Below are positions 1 to 9,922 of a DNA stretch of 29,046 nt, in pieces. How positions within the stretch are numbered: position 1 is the stretch's first letter; each line of letters begins with the position of its first letter. Location of the stretch: positions 279,984-309,029 of the forward strand of contig NW_019091358.1 in the NCBI RefSeq assembly GCF_001949145.1, given 5' to 3'. Position numbers and translations under genes: made by a program. The DNA comes from Acanthaster planci (lineage: Eukaryota). The notes beneath the pieces are model-generated. The model was given only the letters and a program-made list of their open reading frames with translations, searched no databases and was not told the DNA's origin.

Positions 1-1860
1 TTTCAGCGTTTGCTGGAGGTAGTCCTGCAAGGCCTCATCGGGAAGATCTGTTATGTCTACTTGGACGACATTGTCCTCATCACCAGCCCAACACCTTGAA
101 GATCTCCGCCAAATTCTAGATCGGTTGCAGGAGGCAGGGTCGACGGTGAACTACAAGAAGTGTTCCTTTGGGTGCAGGTCAATGGTTTATCTTGGTCACG
201 TGATTGGCGGAGATGGGCTTCGCACTTCACCAGAGAAGGTTCAGGCAATTTTTGACTACCCTGTTCCAAGGAATCGCAAACAGCTGGAGAGGTTCTTGGG
301 AATGATTTCCTAGTATGGGAAGTTTATTCCTCACCCTGCCACTCTTCCTGCTCCATGGAACCGTCTTAGACAGAAGACAGTTGCATGGGACTGGACAGAG
401 GAGAGTTCCACATCTTTTGGGGAGTTGAAGCACGTTCTTGCATCAGAGCCAGTCCTGTATACGCTGACTTGAGTCGGCCGTTTGTTGTTCACACCGACGC
501 TAGCGACTCTGGGCTTGGTGCAGTCCTGCTTCAGGGGTCCAATGGAGAGCTATGTGCAGTTGCATATGCGAGCCGTTCCCTGGATGCACCAGAACGGAAC
601 TATAGCACCACTGAGCGGGAGTGTTTGGCTGTCGTGTGGGCGCTTGAGAAGTGGAGGATTTACTTAAGGGCAAGAGGTTTCAGGTTGTCACGGATCACCA
701 AGCTTTGACATGTCTCTTTCGGAAGGCTCGTCTGGCTGGCAGACTTGCAAGTGAGTTTTAAGGTTGCAAGATTTCACCTTTGATGTCACTTATCGGCGTG
801 GTGTGCATCATGTTGTGCCAGATGCGCTTTCCCGGGTTCATGAGGCTTCATTAGTTGGTATTGTTCATCACAAGGCTCCTCATCAAATTTCAGACGGTGT
901 TGATAGTCAGTTGCCACCATCAGGTGTCCCTGACACTTCCTTGCAGAGTGATGGTAGTAATGAGGGTGACTGTGCTGCTTCACGTTGTTTGCGGCTGTCT
1001 GATGATGTCATCAACCGGACCCAGTGTGATGGTTGCCAGCAAGGGTACCAAATGGCATGTGTCCACATTAGACGGAAACAGGCCGTTGATTTGCCCACAT
1101 ATTCACGAATATCTGCTGGTGGTGGTTGAGTATTATTCTAAATGGGTGGAAGCTATTCCGATCCGCAGGGCCACAGGCAGAGAGGTCGCCAGTATAATCG
1201 TTAGACAGCTTTTCTGCAAATATGGCGCTCCCAAGAAGTTACTCTCTGACAACGGGTCGCAGTTCACCTGTTAGGCTCTTGCAGCAGTTTGCCAGGAATG
1301 GGGGTACGGCAACTGTATATCTCCCCATATCACCCGCAGAGCAACTGGGTCGAGAGAGTTAACAGAAATCTGAAGGGCATGATGCATGCTTATGTGGGAG
1401 ATGATCATCGCACATGGGATGTGCATGTCGCTGAGTTCTCCTTCGCTTTGAACACTGCCAAGCATGAGACGACTGGAGTTCCACCGTCCCGGCTGGTGTT
1501 TGGTAGACATCTTGTTAGTTCAGTTGGGAATAGATGGAGCACCGTGGACCATGACATCCCGGAAGACGAGTCTGAGCCGAGACAGCAGGTGGAGACACAG
1601 CGGCAACAGGCCAAGCAGAAGCAGAAAACACACTACGACAAGCGTAGACGTCCCCCAGCTATTGTGGGAAAACCAGCAAGTTATGGTCCGTACTCATCCC
1701 AAGTCAGATGCACAGTCTCATTTCAGTGCCAAGCTGGCTCCGCAGTGGCATGGTCCCTTTCGGGTTGTGCAGCGACTGACTCCAGTGAATCTGAAGTTGG
1801 CCAGTTTGGATGACCCTGCCAAGGAACTCAATGTTCATGTTGACTAAGTCAAGCCTTTTG
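1..1860 (+). pseudogene. Degenerate Ty3/Gypsy LTR-retrotransposon pol (RT - RNase H - integrase), 5'-truncated by the window
   Basis: Frame 1 reads FQRLLEVVLQGLIGKICYVYLDDIV (RT YLDD). It then continues across frameshifts and stops through YLGHVI, RNase H ([40 protein letters not shown]), integrase (YLLVVVEYYSKWVEA; SDNGSQF; SPYHPQSNWVERVNR) and a GPY/F-type motif (KLAPQWHGPFRV). RT-RH-IN order is the Gypsy order. Confidence 0.93.
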
Positions 1861-1926
1861 GTGATTGAGTCACCTTTTCTGTGCATTTAAGCACTTTGGG
1901 AAGTTTCGGCCTTTTGTTCAGTTTTC

Positions 1927-1948
1927 AAAAAAAAAAAAAATAAATAAA
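1927..1948 (+). repeat. A14-TAAATAAA tract between the Gypsy remnant and the LINE
   Basis: Read directly from the sequence. Confidence 0.8.
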
Positions 1949-2180
1949 TGCTTTCGACGGAGCAAGACGTGTCTCACATCGGTGTGATAATCTGGCCTCT
2001 CTTGACTGCTTTTTCGATTTGTTCGACCCTCTGAAGCAAGGTAAACTTCCTCTTAGGATACAAGGAGCAAGCTAGACATTTATGTGATATTGAAACCATT
2101 GTTTTAGCCCTAACCAGGGGCTCTTGGAGCCCTGGTTGTTGTACTGTTCTCTGTGTGGTCGCCATATTGAGAGGGCCACC

Positions 2181-3950
2181 ATGTATAGGACAGGGCGACC
2201 CCAGCTACGACGCCCTAACACAGTGCGTTTTAATACAAAAGGAATTAAGGATGCCGTCACGCCCGAACAAGTGTATGCAGCAGTGAGGAAGGATTTGAAG
2301 AAGACGGAGACAATGAAGTGCATAGCTGAGTTGGAGAATAAATGGTACAATGTAACCTTCGACAATGAACGCGATTGTGAAAGACTGGCGACCTATGGAA
2401 TTGTCTTGAATGGGATGCTGATTCAGTGTGAGAGAGCCAGCCTGATTAACTCTGTGGTCGTGTACGTTAAGGCACCTTACGAACTCAGTGACCAAGCTGT
2501 CGTTTCGGCCTTGTCTGCTTACGGTTCTGTGGAGAATATTAAGAGGCAATATCATTCTTTCGACCATAGTATAGAAACGGGTGTGAGGAGCTGCTTGATT
2601 AAGAATCTCATGAGGCCCGTGCCCAGCTACATCAAGTTGGGCAGTTTCTCGCTTCCAGTTCGACACAAGGGGCAAGCCAGAACCTGCAGAATTTGCGAAG
2701 CCACAGACCACTTGGCGAGAGATTGTCCAGTTCGAGGGAGGTGCTTCGTGTGCGGAGAGTACGGGCACAGAGCGGCTTGGCACGATAATGAAGACGTCTA
2801 TCGAGATAACTCGGCGGTAGATTCTGAGGAGGAGCATGTGGATACCTCTACTCGTCAGATTTCTCCCAACGATGATCGGAGAGAGATGGATTTTCCAATA
2901 CTACGAATCCCTTCAGATAATGACCAAAGTGAGACAGATTCCACGGTCTCGCATAATATTGATGTTGATGGCCCTTGGTCAGATTCAGACCCAGCGTTAG
3001 AGCATTTCACCCCAAAGTATGACCTACCAAGTCATATTCTCAGAGACGGGAAGAGGTGCAAAAGAAAAGACCGCGATTCAGGAGATGACGAAGGAAAGCA
3101 GGAAGGGGAAAGTTTCAGGAAGCAGACGAAGGAAGAAGAAGAAGAAATGGAACAACTAAGTGAACCACCTCAATCTCAAACGCAGACCAATGAGCAGTCA
3201 TTAGGCCTACCACAGAGTAGCCAGCAAACTGAGCTGCAGACTAGCCAGGAGATGGCATCACAGCATTCCCAGCAAAACGACCCACAGCCTTGTCAACGGA
3301 CCGACACACAAACAGATGTGCAACCCACCAGTGACGAAGACGGACCTCAACCCAGCCAACAGACCAACCCCCAGACCTACAAGCAGGCTGTTCTGCAAAC
3401 CAGCCCAATGAGTATTCCTCTGACTAGCCAGCCGAGTGCAGTGCCTCAACCTGTTCTTCAGATCAGCCCACACGGCGAACCACCAACAGACGGTCAGACC
3501 GAACCACATACAAGTCAACAGACTGTATCACAGATCAACCAGCAATCTGATGACCACCTAATCGAAACTCAGCCTGTTTCAGAGACCACCGCATCGGAGA
3601 CTAGTCAGCAAACTAGAATGCAGACCAGCCCGGAGACCCTTGTGCAGACCCACCAACAGACAAACCTTTTGACAGCATTGCAGATCACCCAACAGACAGG
3701 AACCCAGATTGGACAGTCGACTGCCTCACAAATTCCTCAGCCTGTTGACGACCATGAAGCAAACTTACCTATGGACGTTGTCCCCTCGTCACAACAAACA
3801 GATAGCGAAGAAAACGAAGGATGGGTCAGGTATGTGAGAGGGGGAGTAGAACGTCTGCGAAAGAAGAGAACAAGCTGGGAAAGGAAAGACAAGGGATCCT
3901 CGAATCAGGCACATAAAGGAAGAGGAAGAGGTAGAAACATAAACTATTAG
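2181..3950 (+). CDS. LINE ORF1p (Tx1/ZCCHC3-like): RRM-like N-terminus, two zinc knuckles, long acidic and Q/T/S/P-rich tail; 589 aa
   Basis: ATG 2181 is in a perfect Kozak context (GCCACCATG), so it is preferred over the TTG start at 2124. Knuckles are CRICEATDHLARDC and CFVCGEYGHRAAWH. The C-terminus is basic (KGRGRGR). Confidence 0.9.
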   Translation: MYRTGRPQLRRPNTVRFNTKGIKDAVTPEQVYAAVRKDLKKTETMKCIAELENKWYNVTFDNERDCERLATYGIVLNGMLIQCERASLINSVVVYVKAPYELSDQAVVSALSAYGSVENIKRQYHSFDHSIETGVRSCLIKNLMRPVPSYIKLGSFSLPVRHKGQARTCRICEATDHLARDCPVRGRCFVCGEYGHRAAWHDNEDVYRDNSAVDSEEEHVDTSTRQISPNDDRREMDFPILRIPSDNDQSETDSTVSHNIDVDGPWSDSDPALEHFTPKYDLPSHILRDGKRCKRKDRDSGDDEGKQEGESFRKQTKEEEEEMEQLSEPPQSQTQTNEQSLGLPQSSQQTELQTSQEMASQHSQQNDPQPCQRTDTQTDVQPTSDEDGPQPSQQTNPQTYKQAVLQTSPMSIPLTSQPSAVPQPVLQISPHGEPPTDGQTEPHTSQQTVSQINQQSDDHLIETQPVSETTASETSQQTRMQTSPETLVQTHQQTNLLTALQITQQTGTQIGQSTASQIPQPVDDHEANLPMDVVPSSQQTDSEENEGWVRYVRGGVERLRKKRTSWERKDKGSSNQAHKGRGRGRNINY

Positions 3951-4022
3951 GTTTCCCCAAGTACTGTGCTTGAGGCCTTTCCCACATGATTTCTTATGTT
4001 TAGTTTTTTTCTACTCTGCTTG

Positions 4023-7000
4023 ATGCTGAGAATTGCCACTCTTAATGTTAACGGGATCCGTAATCAGACCAAAAGAGAAATGATTTTTAACCATTTCAAA
4101 AAAGGGAATTATGATATTATTTGCCTTCAGGAGACTCATAGCGAACCTTCTGATGAGGGTTTTTGGAGAAATCAGTGGGATGGAGACATTATTTTCAGTC
4201 ACGGGGAGAGGGATTCAAGGGGAGTGGCTATCTTAGCATCGACCAGGAGTGGGATAAGGCTGAACAACCCTGATAGTGATAGGGAAGGGAGGATTGTTGC
4301 TTGTGAAATTACGTGGAGGGATATCAACCTCAATATATTGTGCATCTATGCCCCAAACGTCATGAATGACAGGCGAACCTTTTTTGGCAATTTATCAAAC
4401 TATGTGAAACAAACCGATAATTGGATTATTTCTGGCGACTTCAACTGCCAAATCGATTTGAAGAACACTAACGACAGAAGTTTTCAAAACTTAAACAATC
4501 TGATCCTTGAAAATGACTTGGTTGATGTCTGGAGGAAATTACACCCCGAGGACCAAGGTTTTACACTTTTTCACAGGGTTTTAAAGAGAAGCAGTAGAAT
4601 AGATTACATTTTTGCTTCGCGTCAGTTGTATTGTTTTCTGATTGAAGCTAAAGTTGTTTCGACTGGTATGTCAGATCACTATATTGTAACTTGCAAGCTT
4701 AACAAACAATCTGCTGTCCGTGGTCCCGGCAGATGGATCTGTGACAATGCTGTCTTTAAAGATGGAAAGTGTGTGGAGAAAATTACCAATTTTTGGAATT
4801 TTTGGAAAACCCAAAAAGCTAAGTTTTGCAGTCTCTTGGATTGGTGGGACTTCGGCAAATGTAAAATAAAAGAAATTTTGAAGGCGCATGGTTTGGAGAA
4901 ATATAATCAGGAGAAAAGATTTAAAACCAAGCTCCAGAATGACCTAACCAAACAACTTGGTAAAGATAAGCCTGACCCCTATATCGTAAGTGAAATCAAT
5001 CTGAAAATCAAAAACTATGAGAGGAGTGACTTTGAGAAACTGAGAATCAGATGCCATACCAACAAAATAATTGGTGAAAAGGGTTCTCACTACTTTAAAT
5101 GTTTTGATAAGCAAAGACGTACTGATAATATCATCAACAACTTAGTGGATGAAGATGGCGTCTTGTACAGTGATTCCTATGGTATGTGTAATCATGTTAA
5201 CAGGTTTTACAAGCTTTTGTACCAAAGTGAAAGTTTGGAAGGAGAGGCATGTAATCTTATCCTGAACGATATTCAATCTTTTGATTTTGAAGAAGCCACT
5301 GACATTCCGAGTAATTTTGATGATTTTGAGATTGAACAAGCTGTTCATCAAATGAACAAAGACAAATCTCCTGGTTTGGATGGTCTAACGGCCGAATTCT
5401 ACCAGCACTTTTGGCCAATTCTCAAAACCGACTTTAAAGAGATTACCAATGAGTGTAAATCGCAAGGCTTCTTGCCGCGTTCCATGAATAATGCTCTTAT
5501 ACGTCTCATTTTTAAAAATAGGGGTGAGAGGAGCGATTTAAGGAATTGGAGACCTATCAGTTTACTCAATGTTGATTACAAAATCATTGCTAGAGTCATA
5601 ACCAACCGTTTGAAGAAATTTATGCCGCTTGTTATTGGTGAAGATCAATCATGTGGTGTTATGAGTAGAAATATTCAAGACAATTTGATGATAATAAGAG
5701 ATGCTATTTTTTACATTAATGATAAAAAAATGGAGGGAGCCCTTCTCAGCATTGACCAAGAGAAAGCCTTTGACAGAATCGAATGGAATTACATGTTTGG
5801 CGTCATGACTAAAATGGGCATCCCAAATCAATTAACTGATTGGGTCAGAATTCTTTATAGTAACCCATATAGTTGTGTGATAGTTAACAATTTCATCACA
5901 GAACCTTTTCGGGTGACGAGAGGAATAAGACAGGGTTGCCCTCTTTCACCTCTGCTGTACTCTATTTGTGCCGAGGGATTAGCGAGTCTCATTAGAGCAA
6001 ACCAGTTGCTCAAAGGTATTCCCCTTCCCAGTCAACCAGAACGGGCTTTGAAGATTGTCCAGCATGCCGATGACACAACGATTTTCATTTCCAACGACCG
6101 TGACTTTAATATTCTTGACAACATCTTTTCGATCTACAGTAAAGGTTCAGGTTCCAAAATCAACTTCCAGAAATCTAATGGACTTTGGTTAGGCGAGTGG
6201 AGAAGTCGGCAAGACAAACCTGGTGGTTTTAACTGGGTTAACGATCATCTCAAAATCCTGGGCATCTATTTTGGCAATGATGACAACACTGACAGAAACT
6301 GGAGTGTTAGAGTTGGGAAAATGAGTGCCGTTTTGAACAAATGGAGAATCAGAAATTTGACCATGAAAGGTCGAGCTATTGTAATTAATAGTTTTGTCGG
6401 CGCTAGTTTGTCCTACTATGGTGGAGTTCTTCATTGTCCTAATGAATATACGCAGCAGATGGAAAGGGTTATGTGGTCCTTTCTTTGGGAAGGGAAAATT
6501 GACAAAATCAGTCGCAAGACTATTTGTAGCCCGGTTAGTAAAGGAGGTTTGGGTGTAGTGGACATAAGATCCAAACTTGTGTCACTTAAAATCAACGTTT
6601 TGAAAAGATTCCACACAAGTACTGGAAAGTGGAAAAATTTCTTTGAGTATTCTTTGTTCAGTATGAGCCGTGACAACAATCTTGGTTGGTTTATTTTTTG
6701 TAACCCCAAAACGATTGTCAACAGCAATCATATGTTCTGTAGAGATTTAGTTCGAGATTTTTACCGAACAGGAATCATTGCCAGTAACACATTTTCCTGT
6801 GTAAATGAAACCGAGAATCTCCCTCTTTGGAATAACAACGTCATTACAGTCAATTCGGATATGGTTATGGACAGTAAGTTGCTCAAACAACAAGGGATTT
6901 TTTATCTACATCAAGTTTTGGAGAATGGTCAATTCGTTTCCTTCAGAAAGTTATCGAATCGATGCAAAATATTGCCCATTAATGCGGGCCGCATCGTAGC

Positions 7001-7760
7001 CAGACTCAGAAACCGTGTGAATGCTGATTTTGTAGGTGAAACAAGAGAGGGGCCTGCTAACCATTTCTTAAACAGCATCGTCCTTTTGGACAAGAGTGGA
7101 AAGGAATTACATGTAACCGATTTTTGCGTGAAAATGGTTTATGACAGCATAATTTGCAAAAATGTCACTAACCCGTATGTTCAGGTTTTGTGGGAAAAAT
7201 TGTTCAAAGCTGATTCTCTTGAATGGAGCAAGATTTGGACCAATGGAAGATGTCCTCTTCTCGATGCAGATGACAAAGAAGTATGGTACAAGCTCAAACA
7301 TAGAATCCTTCCTACCAAGGAAAAGTTAAAGAGTTACGGTTTAATTGACAATGATATCTGTTCACTCTGCGAAAAGGAAAGAGAAGATTTAGAGCATTTG
7401 TTTATAAAATGTAAATACGTTTCTGAAGCATGGTTTTTTGTAGAAAATATTATCTGTAAGTACACCAAAGATGTTAGTTTTTGTCTTTCTGATACGAAAC
7501 GAATTTTGGGATCGAAGGTTCAAAACCATTTATGTTTATTTCTGATAGGACGTCTCCATCGAATTATATGGCAAGTGAGATGTAATACTGTTTATCGCAA
7601 AAATGACACCCGTGATATTCTAACTGTGTATAAGTTTAACCTGAGGAATTTTATTCGTTTGGAAAAACACAGATTAGACAACGATGTCTTCCTTTCCATT
7701 TATGCTAAAAATTCAGTTCTTTGCAAACTTCAGAATGATGATCTTGTTTTCTGCTTCTAA
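4023..7760 (+). CDS. LINE ORF2p: APE endonuclease, reverse transcriptase, C-terminal CCHC zinc finger
   Basis: APE motifs: TLNVNG, LQETH, GDFN, SRIDY, SDH. RT motifs: KSPGLDG, WRPISLLNVDYKI, DQEKAFD, GIRQGCPLSPLLY, QHADD, KILGI. Zinc finger: CSLC...EHLFIKC. No internal stops. An alternative in-frame ATG lies at 3996. Confidence 0.96.
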   Translation: MLRIATLNVNGIRNQTKREMIFNHFKKGNYDIICLQETHSEPSDEGFWRNQWDGDIIFSHGERDSRGVAILASTRSGIRLNNPDSDREGRIVACEITWRDINLNILCIYAPNVMNDRRTFFGNLSNYVKQTDNWIISGDFNCQIDLKNTNDRSFQNLNNLILENDLVDVWRKLHPEDQGFTLFHRVLKRSSRIDYIFASRQLYCFLIEAKVVSTGMSDHYIVTCKLNKQSAVRGPGRWICDNAVFKDGKCVEKITNFWNFWKTQKAKFCSLLDWWDFGKCKIKEILKAHGLEKYNQEKRFKTKLQNDLTKQLGKDKPDPYIVSEINLKIKNYERSDFEKLRIRCHTNKIIGEKGSHYFKCFDKQRRTDNIINNLVDEDGVLYSDSYGMCNHVNRFYKLLYQSESLEGEACNLILNDIQSFDFEEATDIPSNFDDFEIEQAVHQMNKDKSPGLDGLTAEFYQHFWPILKTDFKEITNECKSQGFLPRSMNNALIRLIFKNRGERSDLRNWRPISLLNVDYKIIARVITNRLKKFMPLVIGEDQSCGVMSRNIQDNLMIIRDAIFYINDKKMEGALLSIDQEKAFDRIEWNYMFGVMTKMGIPNQLTDWVRILYSNPYSCVIVNNFITEPFRVTRGIRQGCPLSPLLYSICAEGLASLIRANQLLKGIPLPSQPERALKIVQHADDTTIFISNDRDFNILDNIFSIYSKGSGSKINFQKSNGLWLGEWRSRQDKPGGFNWVNDHLKILGIYFGNDDNTDRNWSVRVGKMSAVLNKWRIRNLTMKGRAIVINSFVGASLSYYGGVLHCPNEYTQQMERVMWSFLWEGKIDKISRKTICSPVSKGGLGVVDIRSKLVSLKINVLKRFHTSTGKWKNFFEYSLFSMSRDNNLGWFIFCNPKTIVNSNHMFCRDLVRDFYRTGIIASNTFSCVNETENLPLWNNNVITVNSDMVMDSKLLKQQGIFYLHQVLENGQFVSFRKLSNRCKILPINAGRIVARLRNRVNADFVGETREGPANHFLNSIVLLDKSGKELHVTDFCVKMVYDSIICKNVTNPYVQVLWEKLFKADSLEWSKIWTNGRCPLLDADDKEVWYKLKHRILPTKEKLKSYGLIDNDICSLCEKEREDLEHLFIKCKYVSEAWFFVENIICKYTKDVSFCLSDTKRILGSKVQNHLCLFLIGRLHRIIWQVRCNTVYRKNDTRDILTVYKFNLRNFIRLEKHRLDNDVFLSIYAKNSVLCKLQNDDLVFCF

Positions 7761-7818
7761 GCACGTCTTAACGTATCGATGCCACTTTTCCTGGAGAAAT
7801 ACCAATCTGGCAATAAGA

Positions 7819-8174
7819 NNNNNNNNNNNNNNNNNNNNNNNNNNNNNNNNNNNNNNNNNNNNNNNNNNNNNNNNNNNNNNNNNNNNNNNNNNNNNNNNNN
7901 NNNNNNNNNNNNNNNNNNNNNNNNNNNNNNNNNNNNNNNNNNNNNNNNNNNNNNNNNNNNNNNNNNNNNNNNNNNNNNNNNNNNNNNNNNNNNNNNNNNN
8001 NNNNNNNNNNNNNNNNNNNNNNNNNNNNNNNNNNNNNNNNNNNNNNNNNNNNNNNNNNNNNNNNNNNNNNNNNNNNNNNNNNNNNNNNNNNNNNNNNNNN
8101 NNNNNNNNNNNNNNNNNNNNNNNNNNNNNNNNNNNNNNNNNNNNNNNNNNNNNNNNNNNNNNNNNNNNNNNNNN
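7819..8174. other. Assembly gap (356 N)
   Basis: Run of N. Confidence 1.
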
Positions 8175-8818
8175 ATGGAGAGATACATGTCAAGTCTAGT
8201 CGTTAGAAAATACGAGAAAAATGTTCTAAACTTATATATAAATGGAGACATGAACAACCCACAACACAGGCCTCTACTATCGACCTTTAATCGATTTAAG
8301 AAGGTGTTTTTAGAAGATTTTGTCAAGCAGTATAACATTCCATTATCGGCACCCAGGTATTTACTGTTGTCGTGGATCGTTTTGCCAATTTTGCAATCGC
8401 TCTCTGCATGCACCATTTGTACGATTTTTGTGGAGCAAAATGTTTCGTAGACTTGTTGGAAAGCGAGTGAAATTGTTTTGACGATACATTTGGCGTGCGG
8501 ATGTTCCTCACTTTGCAATAGGTGCAATTGCCCTTTGACGTCCAAAACTACATCGCGGGATACAAAGCCAAAAACATATATATCGTCGACAAATTCGCTC
8601 TGGATACGTTCTAGATCTTTCGGCTGGTCTCGGCAATTTGATACGTAGTCCAAGGTGGAAACGTCGCAGAGCAAATTGTTCTGGTATGCGTTGGACAGTA
8701 GCAAAGCGGGCCAATGCGTTTTTGGGAGCGTAGACCAAGTGTGCGCAGGCAGATGTTTTGCACTGGTGTTTCTATCGGATTGGATTTCATCTTCTTCTAT
8801 AATATAGGATTTATAATT
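8175..8818 (-). CDS. Orphan open reading frame (>=214 codons, runs into the gap); product unknown; start probably frameshifted
   Basis: Stop-free minus-strand frame NYKSYIIEEDEIQ...LLSNAYQNNLLCDV...RLDMYLS with globular-looking composition. The nearest ATG (8832) is out of frame and lies 34 nt downstream of a TATATA. Confidence 0.45.
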
Positions 8819-8899
8819 TTAAAAAGTGGCATACGATTTCAATATTGTCGGCTGCTTTCCTATATAGCGGCCCCCCCAAAAAAAATCTGGGGATGGCTA

Positions 8900-9040
8900 T
8901 TTGGCTAGAATATTTGAGATCGGTTGGAATATTTTGTACTTGGCCAGAATATTTTTGGTTGGTTTGAATATTTGTGATCGGTTGGGATAGCCTATTTTGA
9001 GCTGGGTAAAATATTTTTGGTTGGCTGGAATATTTTGGGC
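8900..9040. repeat. Degenerate tandem array of a TTGGNTRGAATATTT-like unit (~6 copies)
   Basis: Recurrent (G)AATATTT preceded by TTGG in 8900-9040. Confidence 0.7.
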
Positions 9041-9239
9041 AAAAAAATTATCCTATACCGTGGCGTGCAGTAGAGGATATAGGGTATATAGAATAGGAAA
9101 GGAATGAGGGTAGGGGGGTCTTATGATAACGACTTGACTTAACATGTTTTTTTTAATATACTGTTATTTTTATATATTGTCCGTTTATTTAAGGTGGTTG
9201 TAAACTGTGAGAAGTCACGAGTTCAGGCCGGGAAAGCGA

Positions 9240-9900
9240 GGAAAATCCCCTTTTCTTTCTTTGTGAGTCACGGGGTAAAAGGTCTAGGTTGTTTATGCGA
9301 GGTCTGTGCAGGTCGGCGCACGTCGCGAGTTGTTGACAAAAAAAGTGGGAAACCCCAGCGCAGGTGTGGAAAGGGAGAAACGGGGTAGAAAAGGGAGGTG
9401 CGCTCAAACTGGCGTATCCCTACTACTTCGTGTGTGTACAAAAGTAATGGCAAGAAGGCGACGGTGCAACCCGACGGCACGACGCAAGAGAGCCGTCGTG
9501 CCATCGCGTCGTGTAGTTGCGTCGCCTGGAGGGAAGTTAAAGAGAGAGAGAAATGTGTGTCGTAAATAGTACACCATACGACAGAGGCACACGGACGTAT
9601 ATAAAAAACTCTCGACTTGCAACGCCTTTATATGAAAAAGAAGCCAACCAGCGGCCATTTTACCGAGCCGGATACAAAAGTGTGGGTTGGCTCCCTTCTA
9701 CTGACGTCAGGAAGAACAAAGGCGGGGGCATTGCCATGAAAGCCTTGTATTCGGCTCGGTAAAATGGCTGCGAGTGGATTCAATGACTCTATAAGCTGAT
9801 TAAGAGCATTGCGAGTCCAGATTTTATTATACACGTCCGTGGCACAGGCACGGTTCAGGATGGCGGCCGGATCACCGCTTGCAACATGGCGCCGGTCAAA
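9240..9900. promoter_or_regulatory. CpG-rich putative enhancer/promoter
   Basis: NF-kB-like GGAAAATCCCC (9240-9250) and GGGAAACCCC (9347-9356), AP-1 TGAGTCA (9264-9270), TATATAAAAA (9598), CRE TGACGTCA (9702-9709), and YY1-like ATGGC(G/T) motifs at ~9760-9895. These are motif matches only. Confidence 0.4.
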
Positions 9901-9922
9901 AATTTCCAGAAGTGACTAGATA

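Larger units (their letters stand above)
1949..7818 (+). mobile_element. Apparently full-length L1-clade (Tx1-like) non-LTR retrotransposon; 3' end runs into the assembly gap
   Basis: ~230-nt 5' leader, zinc-knuckle ORF1, short inter-ORF spacer, intact APE-RT-zinc-finger ORF2. The 5' boundary is approximate. Confidence 0.9.

Noticed and set aside
1906..1916. TCGGCCTTTTG matches the 5' region of U2 snRNA, the target of Keno-type Tx1 elements
   Set aside because: Only 11 nt match; the following U2 sequence (GCTAAGATCAAGTGTAG) is absent.
2112..2137. Hairpin AACCAGGGGCTC-TTG-GAGCCCTGGTT in the LINE leader as a possible self-cleaving ribozyme
   Set aside because: It is a simple stem-loop; no HDV-like pseudoknot or hammerhead core could be built by eye.
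2205..2837. 210-aa antisense ORF within LINE ORF1, and other antisense ORFs in ORF2 and the piggyBac
   Set aside because: Shadow frames of real coding sequence with no motifs.
7684..8450. ORF-track entries spanning the first N run, and likewise 27736-28328
   Set aside because: Their length comes from translating N; they are artefacts.
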